From: Candidatus Levyibacteriota bacterium
GTDB taxonomy: Bacteria; Patescibacteriota; Microgenomatia; Levybacterales; UBA12049
Reading direction: 5' to 3'
Assembly (NCBI GenBank): GCA_038205015.1
Contig: JBBRCK010000003.1
Span: 2,527 to 66,526 of the forward strand
Length of the DNA: 64,000 nt
Of this stretch, positions 8,679 through 18,156 are shown piece after piece. The notes below the pieces were generated by a model that was given only the letters and a program-made list of their open reading frames with translations, had not been told where the DNA came from and ran no database searches. Every line of letters starts with the position of its first letter. Within the stretch, counting starts at the first letter, position 1. The translations under genes were made by a program, and so were the position numbers.

Positions 8679-9038
8679 TGGAGATGTCGAGCTATGAACT
8701 CGAGTCCAAGAAAACATTTTAAAAACGTCTACAAGCTTATTCTACTTTTAAGTGTCGTTCTACTCTTTTCCAATAGACGGGAATAAATAAAACCTAGATT
8801 ATAAATTCGATAAGGACCTAATCGGCTTCCTTATTAATTTCTCAACTGTATTTATGCTCATATAGTCCCATTGAGAAAAGACATTATGAACAGCTCAACC
8901 TATTTAAGCAAATGCGTAAAGAGGTTGTGCGCTGGAACGTGAAGTTCTAGCATTTAATTTTTGACTAAGTTAACGGCGTTTAGTCATTGCCGGCTTGCAT
9001 TTTTTAAAGTGCGAATCTTGTCGATGCAATGCATCCCC
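8679..9038 (-). ncRNA. ssrA: tmRNA (SsrA), about 360 nt, tag peptide ending ...AQPLYAFA-stop
   Basis: Minus strand 5' GGGGATGCATTGCATCGACAAGA (tmRNA-like 5' end). 3' end GGAC-TCGAG-TTCATAG-CTCGA-CATCTCCA (T-arm plus acceptor). Acceptor helix GGGGATG/CATCTCC with G3-U70 wobble (Ala identity). Internal frame ...GCA CAA CCT CTT TAC GCA TTT GCT TAA (stop at plus 8904-8906). Directly downstream of smpB. Confidence 0.8.
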
Positions 9039-9092
9039 AATAGTTGGAATTATATGTCTTTTAGCTTCAAAAGTCAAGTTTTTGAGGGTAAT

Positions 9093-9524
9093 TTAGGACA
9101 ATTCCTGTTCAATTCTTCTATTAAGATCTCGTTTTTTAATCGATTCTTTTTTTTCGTATTTTTTCTTACCTTTTCCAAGCGCAACCTCAAGCTTAATAAA
9201 GCCGTGTTTTAAGTATAAAGATACCGGTACCAAAGTTAAATTAGAGCCTTCAGTTTTTGATTTTAAAGAAATAATTTCCTGTTTATGTAAGAGAAGTTTT
9301 CTCGTTCTTCTATTGTCGAATCCTTCAATTTGTCCTGGTTGATAAGGGAAGATTTTAGCATTAACCAAATAAGCTTCACTTCCGACAATTCTAATAAAAG
9401 AACCGGTTAAATCTGCCTTGCCAAGTCTTACCGATTTTACTTCGTGGCCATAAAGATTAATTCCTGCCTCAAACTTGTCTGAGAGCTGGTAATTAAAAAA
9501 GGCTTTTTTATTGGTAATTTTCAT
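9093..9524 (-). CDS. smpB: SsrA-binding protein SmpB
   Basis: Conserved SmpB blocks: GHEVKSVRLGKADLTGSFIRI, NRRTRKLLLHKQEI, GSNLTLVPVSLYLKHGFIKLEVALGKGKKKYEKK. Confidence 0.9.
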   Translation of the reverse strand: MKITNKKAFFNYQLSDKFEAGINLYGHEVKSVRLGKADLTGSFIRIVGSEAYLVNAKIFPYQPGQIEGFDNRRTRKLLLHKQEIISLKSKTEGSNLTLVPVSLYLKHGFIKLEVALGKGKKKYEKKESIKKRDLNRRIEQELS

Positions 9525-9560
9525 TCCACAATAATACGTTAAAACCTAAAAAATGGCAAT

Positions 9561-11366
9561 TTATTTAAGGTTAATTTCGTATAATTTGCCCGAGGATAAC
9601 ACATACACTTTCTTATCTTTTTCAAAAACTTCAAAATCGCTGGCGTTTTTAATAAAAGAAGCTTGATATTCAGCCTTATAATTTCCGCTTTTATCCAATA
9701 CAACAATTCTTGAGTTACCGTTATCTAAAATATAAACATTGTCAAAGTCGATATTGGAATAAATTCTAGTTGGGTTTGAAAGGTTTTTACTTAAATTATT
9801 AAGAGTAAAATTGTCTTTTTTGCCCTTAGTAAATTTGATAATTGTTCCATTTGAAAAAAGCACATAGACCGAACTATCAATTGTCATTGCGCTGGCTTTG
9901 GAAAAATCGACAGAAGAGCTATCGGCTAAATAATTTGTTTTAGAAAAACCCGAGTCTGTTTGAACAAATTTTAATATTTGATTTTGTTTTTTATCTAAAA
10001 CGTAAACATTACCAAAATATAATGCTAGTCCGCCTGCGCTTTGCCAATCACTGTCATTTTTGATTAAAGTTTTTTGGTTGGAGCCGTCTTTTTTAAGAGT
10101 AAAAATATTATTGGCAGTTAATCCATAAATATTCTTATCATCCTCAAAATAATACAGAGCGCTATTTTTCGTTTCTGCCAAAAGTAGGGGGCTTAGCGAT
10201 AAATCGATTTGTTTTTGAGGTATTTTAGCAACTTGAGACGTGCTGTTTAAAGCCGTATTTACTTTAGCCAATAAATTTAAAACTTGTTTTTCCTGGGATG
10301 AATTTTTCGGGAAACTGCTTTTGCCATTTTCTAAAATTTCTTTAGCTTTGGTAAAGCTATCATTTGCTAAATTCTGATTTAAGCCAATCAAGCCTTGTCC
10401 TTCGTTATACTTTTTAGTAGCCGGAGGATAGATGCTTTCAAAAGCTGTTTTTATTCTAGTATCACCTTGTTTTTTTAGAGCAAAAAAGACACTTCCTACA
10501 AAAACTACAATAATAATTACAACAATTGTTAAAAGGACTTTTTTAGGATGGTTTAATCCCAAATTAGAAGTAAGTTTAGGGTGTGGCAATAAATTGGTAA
10601 AAGATTTTAATTTACTTATCAGGCCTACTTGTTGATTAATGGTTGATGAATAAAAAGGTTTTTTTTCTTCAACTTTTTCTTCTATTTCTTCTGTTTCTTC
10701 TGTTTTGTCATCTTCTATTGAAAAATGCAAATCCTTTTCATCTGCCGGTACTAATTCTTCAACAGGTTTTTTATAGTTAATAATAATCGAAGATGCGCCT
10801 GATTCATCTTTTTCATGTAAAAGGGGAGCGATATTTTCGGCCGCATCTTTAGGACTTAAGCCGTCAAGCATTTCAAAAAGAGTATCGGTTGAAATAACCT
10901 TGGAAAATTGCTTAGTTTGAAGTATTAAAACATCGCCGTCTTGTAAAAATCCGGAAGCAACTTTTATAGCTTTATTCTCCTGATCATTTGCTTCCAAAAG
11001 ATGTCCAAGTTTGCCTTCTCTTTTTAAGGATAACTTACCATCCCCTAAAATATAAACGTATAAAACATTGTCGATAAAAGCTCCGATCACAAAAGAACAG
11101 CTTATTTCTTGGGGGATTTTTTCGGAAGTTAGCAAAACTGCATTTTTGATTGATTCTAGATCTTTTGTTTCTAAGGTAAAAAATTCTTGTTCTAAGCTAT
11201 CAAGAATCTCTTTTCCCAAGACATTTAAGTAATCTTTTTCCTCAGATTCTTCTTGAGTTTCCAGAGAAAGCACTGCAAAGAGTTTGCCGGCATTATAGGC
11301 CTGAGCCCAACTGTAAACGTTTGGGTTGGCAACGATTTTAGCAAATGAAAGATTAGATTCAGTCAT
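9561..11366 (-). CDS. Membrane protein with N-terminal cytoplasmic degenerate PP2C-like domain, single TM helix and approx 300-aa extracytoplasmic domain
   Basis: PPM-like blocks FAVLSLETQ (in place of FAVxDGHGG), YVYILGDGKLSL (GDSR-like), DGDVLILQT (GD-LLLCSDGL-like); TM VLLTIVVIIIVVFVGSVFFAL; weak assignment. Confidence 0.45.
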   Translation of the reverse strand: MTESNLSFAKIVANPNVYSWAQAYNAGKLFAVLSLETQEESEEKDYLNVLGKEILDSLEQEFFTLETKDLESIKNAVLLTSEKIPQEISCSFVIGAFIDNVLYVYILGDGKLSLKREGKLGHLLEANDQENKAIKVASGFLQDGDVLILQTKQFSKVISTDTLFEMLDGLSPKDAAENIAPLLHEKDESGASSIIINYKKPVEELVPADEKDLHFSIEDDKTEETEEIEEKVEEKKPFYSSTINQQVGLISKLKSFTNLLPHPKLTSNLGLNHPKKVLLTIVVIIIVVFVGSVFFALKKQGDTRIKTAFESIYPPATKKYNEGQGLIGLNQNLANDSFTKAKEILENGKSSFPKNSSQEKQVLNLLAKVNTALNSTSQVAKIPQKQIDLSLSPLLLAETKNSALYYFEDDKNIYGLTANNIFTLKKDGSNQKTLIKNDSDWQSAGGLALYFGNVYVLDKKQNQILKFVQTDSGFSKTNYLADSSSVDFSKASAMTIDSSVYVLFSNGTIIKFTKGKKDNFTLNNLSKNLSNPTRIYSNIDFDNVYILDNGNSRIVVLDKSGNYKAEYQASFIKNASDFEVFEKDKKVYVLSSGKLYEINLK

Positions 11367-11369
11367 TTT

Positions 11370-11618
11370 TTATAGTATAACAAGTGAAACGATAAAAAGC
11401 GAAATAGTAATAAGCAATAATAAAAGCGCAAACATTTTAATAATTGCAAAGTCTTTTGAAGCATGAATAATATGGTCCATCGATAAAATCTGCCTAATAA
11501 CAATTAGCAGAAATACAATTGCAAAAAAATCGGCAATCAAAAAAACAAGCTTGAAAATTAAGAAAAATCCGTTAAGTTTAAAAAGATTATTAAAATTTAA
11601 AGTATTTAGATTATTCAT
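11370..11618 (-). CDS. Small hypothetical membrane protein (82 aa, 2 TM)
   Basis: ORF with two hydrophobic helices; overlaps next gene by 8 nt. Confidence 0.35.
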   Translation of the reverse strand: MNNLNTLNFNNLFKLNGFFLIFKLVFLIADFFAIVFLLIVIRQILSMDHIIHASKDFAIIKMFALLLLLITISLFIVSLVIL

Positions 11619-12276
11619 TTCTTTTTCCTATCAGATTTGCTACCACATGAACAGCGTCCTCAGGTTTTGGTACAGATTCAAAAATAAAGTTGTCTATTGT
11701 TCCTGCGGTTTGTACCAATACGTCCCCGTAATTAAAAATAGTTCTAAGTGCGCCAATCTGGGCATAACTAACGTCTTGCACTAGGCTTATTTTTGTCGAG
11801 GCAATATTTTTATAGACTAATCCTTGGAAGTCAACGTCAATGACCCTTTTTTCAGTCACAAGATCGATATTAAAATACCAAGTTATAAAGTTAATAAATA
11901 GATAAATTGTTACTAAAAGATAATAGTAAATCACAAAAAACATATTAAATTTTTGCGGAAAGATAAATATTGAAATTTTAAAATACATTAAAATTGGAAT
12001 AATAAAAAGTGGAGCTAAGAGTAGAAGCATGCTAATTGAAAACCAAGGTAGGTTTGTAATTAGCGCTTTTCTTATGAAAAGAATTACTTTTTCATCCACT
12101 TCTTGATTCTCAAAAGTTATGTCGTTTGGATTTTTGCAGTAGGTTGTAAAGAGTCTAACAGTACCTTCTTCCTCATAATATGAGGGAGTTGTGGAGATTG
12201 GTTTTTTATCCAAAACTTCGGTTGGTTTTTTGGCAGCGGGTGCTTCTTTTTCTTCTGCGACAAAAATATCTGGCAT
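11611..12276 (-). CDS. Membrane protein with bacterial PH (bPH_2/DUF304-like) architecture: 2 TM hairpin followed by soluble beta-rich domain
   Basis: Architecture (TM pair then ~90 aa domain RVIDVDFQGLVY...) only. Confidence 0.4.
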   Translation of the reverse strand: MPDIFVAEEKEAPAAKKPTEVLDKKPISTTPSYYEEEGTVRLFTTYCKNPNDITFENQEVDEKVILFIRKALITNLPWFSISMLLLLAPLFIIPILMYFKISIFIFPQKFNMFFVIYYYLLVTIYLFINFITWYFNIDLVTEKRVIDVDFQGLVYKNIASTKISLVQDVSYAQIGALRTIFNYGDVLVQTAGTIDNFIFESVPKPEDAVHVVANLIGKRNE

Positions 12277-12277
12277 T

Positions 12278-14080
12278 TTATCTTTCTACATTATACAACG
12301 GACCGACAATTTGTATACTCGCAGGTGCCCTAAGGTTAAAATAATTTTTAAAATCACTTCCGGAGAAGTTTGTGCTTTGGCCATCTCCCGATACGCTTAC
12401 CGAAGATGTTTTTCCTGATCCAAAATCAGCAGAGATAGAAATGCTATCAATTGAAGAATAGGGAGTTACTCCCCTTGATGAAAGTTCCTGCCTCACTTTT
12501 GCCCCGTCCCAAGTGTCTGTTCCAGCAGGATTTGGTTTGTCAACTTGGTATAAGTGGTTTGTGGTACCTGAGTCCTTCTGTGCCAAAAGCAAGACATTTA
12601 CTATGTCAGCGGCTTCGGAAGATTTAAGCCAGGCAGTTTTATTATAATCTGCTCTTGAACCCCAATCGCAGTAAAACCAAGGAGAGTTTTTATCATAGGC
12701 GTTGCTATTTAAATCGGAAAAACTATTAATAGCGCCGGTTGAGTCCTGCGCATTTTTTGTAAATGAGGTTCCTGACCAGCCGATATCTGCGGATGAGTGA
12801 ACATAGCCTCCATGCGTGGATGAAAACCAAGCGGTAATTGGGTTTCCACCGCTGGACATCACAATGCCGGCAGTATCTGATACTGCTTGCTTCCAGGAAT
12901 CCGAATTTTCTTCGCGTTTAACAACTTGGCAGGATTGGCTGGGGCAAATCGAAGATGCACCGTTGTTGGTTTTTGATAAAGCGTAGCTTCTGGCGGCAAT
13001 TGCTTGTGCTTTTAATGATTCAGATGGCCAGGCTGCTGGGACTTCGTAAACATGTTTTAGATACTCCTCGATACCCCAATTGTCGTCAAAGGATTGTCCG
13101 TACTCATTAGATCCAACTACGTGAATATTGATTCCGGTATTATATCCGGTAGTATAGTCGGCGTTATAATAGGCTTTTAAAATTTGCTCTGCATTTTGAC
13201 CCGCCTCTGCTCTTGCTTTTGCGCCGTATTGATTTAATCCCACCCGATTGGGGACACCGTAGCTAAAAAAACCAAACTTGGGTGAAAAACCCGGGTCCTT
13301 GCCGACGTCTGAGGAGCAACCACCTTGAGTGTTATAGGCATAAAGTGGAATATTAAGTCCGTTTAGTCTGGTGCTTAAAATGCCTTGTTGAATGGAGTTA
13401 AGTTGGGAGAGTTGATTAGTAAGTGTTGATTGATAAGCTTTTGCGCCGGATACAATTTTATCAAGTTGTGCGGATTGGGCGTCGAGGTTTGCTTTTAGAG
13501 AACTCAAGCTTATTTCTTTAACCTCTAAATCTTTCTTTTTATTTTCCAAATCCTGGATTGTGATTACAATATTGGTAATTATTGCCTTATCCCTGTCGGC
13601 ATTGGCTTTTTGGTATCCCAAAATTTGGGTGAATTCCGATGCGGAATTGGCTGATAAGAAAATAACTAACGGGGAGTTATAGTATGATTTAATGTAATAA
13701 TCTCTGATAGTTTGATTTAAAATATTTTGCTGCTTTTCCATCTCTTTATAACCTTGGTCTATCTGTTTTCTTTTTTCCGATAAACTAAATTCAATTGATG
13801 AGACGGTGTTTTTTATGCCTTTAATTTGCGTATTTAAACTGTTAAGTCTTGATTGAAGAGGAGTAGTTGCATTAATTGAAGACTGGAGTGCTTGATTAAT
13901 AGTTGCTTCGCATTGCTTTAACAAATCTTGGCAGGCAGAGCCAAAGCCGTTATTGCCACCGCAAGCATTTTGGACATTGGACATATCGCAACTGGTATCT
14001 TGAGCTTTGGAAAAAGGAATTAAAACAATACCAACCGTTAAAAAGATTATAGAAAAAAATAAAAAGAGGATTTTTTTCAT
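12278..14080 (-). CDS. Secreted coiled-coil protein with C-terminal SpoIID/LytB domain (peptidoglycan remodelling)
   Basis: Signal peptide, long Q/N/L-rich coiled coil, SpoIID block IEEYLKHVYEVPAAWPSESLKAQAIAARSYALSK. Confidence 0.7.
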   Translation of the reverse strand: MKKILFLFFSIIFLTVGIVLIPFSKAQDTSCDMSNVQNACGGNNGFGSACQDLLKQCEATINQALQSSINATTPLQSRLNSLNTQIKGIKNTVSSIEFSLSEKRKQIDQGYKEMEKQQNILNQTIRDYYIKSYYNSPLVIFLSANSASEFTQILGYQKANADRDKAIITNIVITIQDLENKKKDLEVKEISLSSLKANLDAQSAQLDKIVSGAKAYQSTLTNQLSQLNSIQQGILSTRLNGLNIPLYAYNTQGGCSSDVGKDPGFSPKFGFFSYGVPNRVGLNQYGAKARAEAGQNAEQILKAYYNADYTTGYNTGINIHVVGSNEYGQSFDDNWGIEEYLKHVYEVPAAWPSESLKAQAIAARSYALSKTNNGASSICPSQSCQVVKREENSDSWKQAVSDTAGIVMSSGGNPITAWFSSTHGGYVHSSADIGWSGTSFTKNAQDSTGAINSFSDLNSNAYDKNSPWFYCDWGSRADYNKTAWLKSSEAADIVNVLLLAQKDSGTTNHLYQVDKPNPAGTDTWDGAKVRQELSSRGVTPYSSIDSISISADFGSGKTSSVSVSGDGQSTNFSGSDFKNYFNLRAPASIQIVGPLYNVER

Positions 14081-14162
14081 TGCATTTTATTATACCAAAC
14101 AATCACGTTTTAATTTGCAAATCTTAAAAGTTTGTGTTATCTTCCAGTTGAAAGGAAAGCGT

Positions 14163-14744
14163 ATGGAAGAGGCACCTTTAGAAGTGATTCCATCATTTGC
14201 ACCCTTGCCCAAAAAAAGGATAAATAAAAGATTTATCTACCTCAGCTTTGCAATTTTATTAATAGTTTTAATATTTTTAGGATTTATGTATTTAAGTTCT
14301 AACAAAAAAAACACAATTGATCAGGAAGCTGCGGTAACAACTCCAACTCAAGCTCCAACTGAAACACCAGTACTTACTTCTTCTATTTCGCCAACACCTT
14401 CAGTTACCAGTACTCTAACTCCAAAACCAACGGTAAATCCTGTTGATAAGGTAATGAGTTTGGACAGAAGTAAGCTTTCAATCACCGTTGAAAACGGAAG
14501 TGGCGAAACAGGCGCTGCATCTAAGGCCTCGGATGTATTAAAAAATCTTGGCTATAATGTTATAGCAATTGCAAATGCCGATAATTCAAATTATTCAAAT
14601 GTTACGATTCAGGTGAAGTCATCAAACTCAAAGTTTTTGGATTTATTAAAAAAAGATTTAGGATTTACTTATACTATTGGAACTACTTCGGCTAATCTTT
14701 CCGATGGTTTTTCTTCCGATGCTGTTGTTATAATAGGTAAGTAA
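14163..14744 (+). CDS. LytR/CpsA/Psr C-terminal domain (LytR_C) membrane-anchored protein; start moved to ATG 14163 (track start 14007 overlaps convergent upstream gene)
   Basis: RBS aaGGAAAgcgtATG; TM helix, Thr/Pro/Ser linker, LytR_C-like block LSITVENGSGETGAASKASDVLKNLGYNV. Confidence 0.65.
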   Translation: MEEAPLEVIPSFAPLPKKRINKRFIYLSFAILLIVLIFLGFMYLSSNKKNTIDQEAAVTTPTQAPTETPVLTSSISPTPSVTSTLTPKPTVNPVDKVMSLDRSKLSITVENGSGETGAASKASDVLKNLGYNVIAIANADNSNYSNVTIQVKSSNSKFLDLLKKDLGFTYTIGTTSANLSDGFSSDAVVIIGK

Positions 14745-15199
14745 TGAAGATTTATTTGGCATCAGACCACGCCGGTTTTGAGTTAAAAGAACAAGTTAAA
14801 AAATATCTTCTAACTTTAGATTACGTTGTAAAAGATTGTGGAGATTTTAATCCAACTCCGGGAGACGATTACCCATTATTTATTGCCAAAGCTGCCGAAA
14901 TGGTTTCTAAGGACCCGTTGTCAAAGGGAATTATTTTTGGAAAATCCGGATCAGGAGAAGAGATTGTTGCAAATAAGTTTAAAAACGTTAGAGCTATTTT
15001 AGGATTTTCAAAGGAGAATGTTATCTTGGCAAGACAAGATAATGATGCAAATGTTTTATCATTGGGCTGTGCTTTTGAAGATTTTGACAAAGCCTTAATA
15101 CTTGTTAAGCTGTTTTTAGAAACTCCTTTTTCAAACGAAGAAAGACACAAAAGAAGAATAGAAGAGATTAAAGAAATTGAGGAGAAAAATTATGCATAA
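14744..15199 (+). CDS. rpiB: Ribose-5-phosphate isomerase B (RpiB/LacA/LacB family)
   Basis: MKIYLASDHAGFELKEQVKKYL N-terminus typical of RpiB; ~150 aa. Confidence 0.85.
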   Translation: MKIYLASDHAGFELKEQVKKYLLTLDYVVKDCGDFNPTPGDDYPLFIAKAAEMVSKDPLSKGIIFGKSGSGEEIVANKFKNVRAILGFSKENVILARQDNDANVLSLGCAFEDFDKALILVKLFLETPFSNEERHKRRIEEIKEIEEKNYA

Positions 15200-15818
15200 T
15201 GTAATTCCCGGAATTCTGGAAACAGATTCTTTGGAAATTGAAAAAAAACTTTCTTTTATTAAGCGTTTTTCAAATAAAGTTCATATCGATATTTTAGACG
15301 GTAAATTTTGTCCGGAAATAAGTTTTAACGACCCCACTTTTTTTAAAAAATACGCCAGTGATTTCTTTATGGAAGCTCATTTGATGGTTGAAGATCCAGC
15401 ATCTTACGTTAAGCCCTTTGCTGCGAATGGTTTTAAAAGATTTTTGGGTCAAGTTGAAAAAATGAAAAATTTGGATGAATTTGTGGCTGAGGGACAGATT
15501 TTTGGAGAAGTCGGGTTAGCTTTGGATATTAATACGCCGGTTGAATCAATATCGATAAATTTTGATGATTTAGATACTGTTTTATTAATGGCTGTAAAAG
15601 CAGGTAGGTCTGGGCAAGTTTTTATGCCGGAAGTTTTAAATAAAATAAAGGCGTTGCGGGCAAAAACCAGTCTTCCAATTGAGGTTGACGGAGGAGTTAA
15701 TGAAACAACGATTGTAAGTTGTAACCAAGAAGGAGCGCGAAGATTTGTCGTTACCAGTCATATTTTTAAAGACAAGGATCCGATGCAGGCTTTTGAAAAA
15801 CTCCTTTCATTTAGTTAG
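15192..15818 (+). CDS. rpe: Ribulose-phosphate 3-epimerase
   Basis: IPGILETDSL...HIDILDGKFCPEISF matches RPE N-terminal metal/substrate block; start could also be 15177. Confidence 0.7.
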   Translation: MHNVIPGILETDSLEIEKKLSFIKRFSNKVHIDILDGKFCPEISFNDPTFFKKYASDFFMEAHLMVEDPASYVKPFAANGFKRFLGQVEKMKNLDEFVAEGQIFGEVGLALDINTPVESISINFDDLDTVLLMAVKAGRSGQVFMPEVLNKIKALRAKTSLPIEVDGGVNETTIVSCNQEGARRFVVTSHIFKDKDPMQAFEKLLSFS

Positions 15819-18120
15819 GTCTTATAAAGGTCGCGCTTGGGGTTGCCGCGAATTCGCATTTATCATTTCCCTTAACAAAGAATTCCATTTTTCCAAAGCA
15901 TGTTTTTTGCAAAACGTCAGATGGTATTTTTTCTTTTTCGTCAGGAGAATTTTGCAATAGTAACGTCATGATTTTGTTCCAAATTGGGGCAGCGCCGGTA
16001 ATTCCTGAGGCAAGACTTTGACTCATTGGTGAGTTGTCGTTGTTTCCAACCCAGACGGCAGTAAGAAATGATGGGGTAAAGCCAATTGTCCAGTTGTCCC
16101 TTTTACTGTCTGACGTTCCTGTTTTAACTGACACTGTATGGCCGGCGATGTTTAACGGAGAATTTAATCCAAACTCCCAAGATCTGGCGCCGTTATCGGC
16201 CAAAATATCTGAAATTATATAAGAGACTCCAGAAGAAAGAATTTGATTGGGTAACTCTATTTGCTTTCGATAATTAATGTCCTTTGCATAGTCGGTTAAT
16301 CTAAGGATTGGATCAAGTTCAACTTTTTTTCCGAGATTTGCAACAGTACCATAAACAGTTGCCATATCGGTCATTTTTACCTCTGCAGCGCCAAGCGTAA
16401 TTGATAAACCGTAGTTTTGAGGATTTCCCCAGGTTGTAATCCCCATATTTTTCCCTGTATCCATCATTTGCTTAAGGCCGATTTTTTGCAATGTTTTTAC
16501 GGCAGGAATATTAAAGGAATTGGCAAATGCAATTCTTAAAGGGATTCTGCCATGGAATGCACCATCATAATTTACAGGAGAATAGGGAGCCGAGCCGGGG
16601 ATAGCGTAAGTAATGGGAGAATCATCAAGCACCGTTGCCGCGGTAAATCCGTTTGATAGTGCTGCTGCGTAGGTAACAACTTTTATTGAAGATCCAGGCT
16701 GTCTTAAGGAGGTTGTAAGATTTACATTTCCGCTGTTTTGGTCTTGATAATCTTTGCTTCCAACCATTGCCAAAATATCTCCGTTTTGAGGATTAGTAAC
16801 CAAAGCCGCACCATTTGTTAGATTTAAATAAGCATCTTGATTTACTTCTTGAGTAACGATATCCTGAATCTTATTTTGTAATTTTAAATCAAGAGTGGTG
16901 ATTACATTTAATCCCCCTTTTTCAACCATAGGAAGCCCGTATTTTTTAATTAAGTACTCTTTAACGTACATCACAAAATGAGGTGCATAAATTGGAGTTT
17001 GTGGTGGTTGAAAAGTCAAATTTTCATTTAAAGCACTTTCTTCGTCCTCTTTGGTAATATATTTTAAGTTAAGCATTTTTTGTAAGACCTCTTTTTGTCT
17101 CTGACGCCAAAGATCGGGATTTTGACCGTAAGGAGAGTAGGTAGTTGGGGCCTGCGGCATGCCGGCTAAAAAGGCACTTTCTGCAAGGTCTAAGTCTTTA
17201 ACATTTTTATTAAAATATGTTTCGGATGCAGCCTCAACTCCCCAGGCTGTTCCACCATATGGTACTTGGTTAAAATACATTTCTAAGATTTGGTTTTTTG
17301 TATAAATCTTTTCCGCCCAAAATGCCAAAGCAAGCTCTCTAATTTTTCTTTGAATTGTTTTTTCGGGCGTTAACAGAGTGGATTTAATAAGTTGTTGGGT
17401 AATCGTTGATCCTCCCTGAATTGATTTTCCGGAAAAATTGGCTATGGTTGCTCTTATCATTGCGTTTATGTCAAAGCCGGGGTTTTTATAAAAATCTTTA
17501 TCTTCGATGGCAATAGTGGCGTTGATAAAGTTATTGGGAATTGACCCTAAAGGCACCAAAGTTCTATTTTCATTGGCAAAAATTTGATATAAAAGGATTC
17601 CGTTTCTGTCAAAAATTTTAGTAGTTTGAGGTATTTCTCGTTCAGAAAGTTGGCTTGGATTAGGAAGGCTATGTACAAAAACATAAGCTCCGAAAGGGAT
17701 GAAGGCTATTAAAAAGCAAAATATAAAGCCTAAAACAAAATATTTAAACTTAATTACTATATGTTTTGGAACAGGATAAATTGTGATTTCATTCTGCGGT
17801 AGCGTTTTAATTTTTTGGATTCGTTTTTTTCTTTTTTGGGAATTAAATTTTCTGGTAATCCTTTTCCAAAACAAGCGACTTTTAAACTTAAAAATTTCAA
17901 AATTATAGCGTATTTTTTTTAGTTTTGATTTTCTGTAGGATTTAATTTCTTTTTCGGATTTTATCAAAGTGCTTTTAAGATACAAATAGGTTTTAAGAAG
18001 CAGCTCAAAGACGGTTTTAAAAAAGAAAATCACAAGATTACCGATTGCCGTTAAGCTTAAAACGATAACTTTTATTATTATGATTAAAATATCCATAGGT
18101 AAGTTGAAGGTTGTGGCCAA
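15811..18120 (-). CDS. Class A penicillin-binding protein (GT51 transglycosylase + transpeptidase), copy 1
   Basis: GT51 GGSTITQQLIKS; TPase SxxK RQPGSSIKVV, SFN, KTGTSD. Confidence 0.85.
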   Translation of the reverse strand: MATTFNLPMDILIIIIKVIVLSLTAIGNLVIFFFKTVFELLLKTYLYLKSTLIKSEKEIKSYRKSKLKKIRYNFEIFKFKSRLFWKRITRKFNSQKRKKRIQKIKTLPQNEITIYPVPKHIVIKFKYFVLGFIFCFLIAFIPFGAYVFVHSLPNPSQLSEREIPQTTKIFDRNGILLYQIFANENRTLVPLGSIPNNFINATIAIEDKDFYKNPGFDINAMIRATIANFSGKSIQGGSTITQQLIKSTLLTPEKTIQRKIRELALAFWAEKIYTKNQILEMYFNQVPYGGTAWGVEAASETYFNKNVKDLDLAESAFLAGMPQAPTTYSPYGQNPDLWRQRQKEVLQKMLNLKYITKEDEESALNENLTFQPPQTPIYAPHFVMYVKEYLIKKYGLPMVEKGGLNVITTLDLKLQNKIQDIVTQEVNQDAYLNLTNGAALVTNPQNGDILAMVGSKDYQDQNSGNVNLTTSLRQPGSSIKVVTYAAALSNGFTAATVLDDSPITYAIPGSAPYSPVNYDGAFHGRIPLRIAFANSFNIPAVKTLQKIGLKQMMDTGKNMGITTWGNPQNYGLSITLGAAEVKMTDMATVYGTVANLGKKVELDPILRLTDYAKDINYRKQIELPNQILSSGVSYIISDILADNGARSWEFGLNSPLNIAGHTVSVKTGTSDSKRDNWTIGFTPSFLTAVWVGNNDNSPMSQSLASGITGAAPIWNKIMTLLLQNSPDEKEKIPSDVLQKTCFGKMEFFVKGNDKCEFAATPSATFIRPN

Positions 18121-18156
18121 TTATACTATAGGTAAGCTAAGTTTAAAAGCCTTACT

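Noticed and set aside
8961-9212. 83-aa plus-strand ORF from the six-frame track
   Set aside because: It lies entirely inside the minus-strand tmRNA and the smpB 3' end; low-complexity F/K-rich translation; spurious.
14007-14162. Upstream extension of the LytR_C ORF
   Set aside because: Overlaps the N-terminus of the convergent SpoIID gene by 74 nt; internal ATG 14163 has a good RBS.
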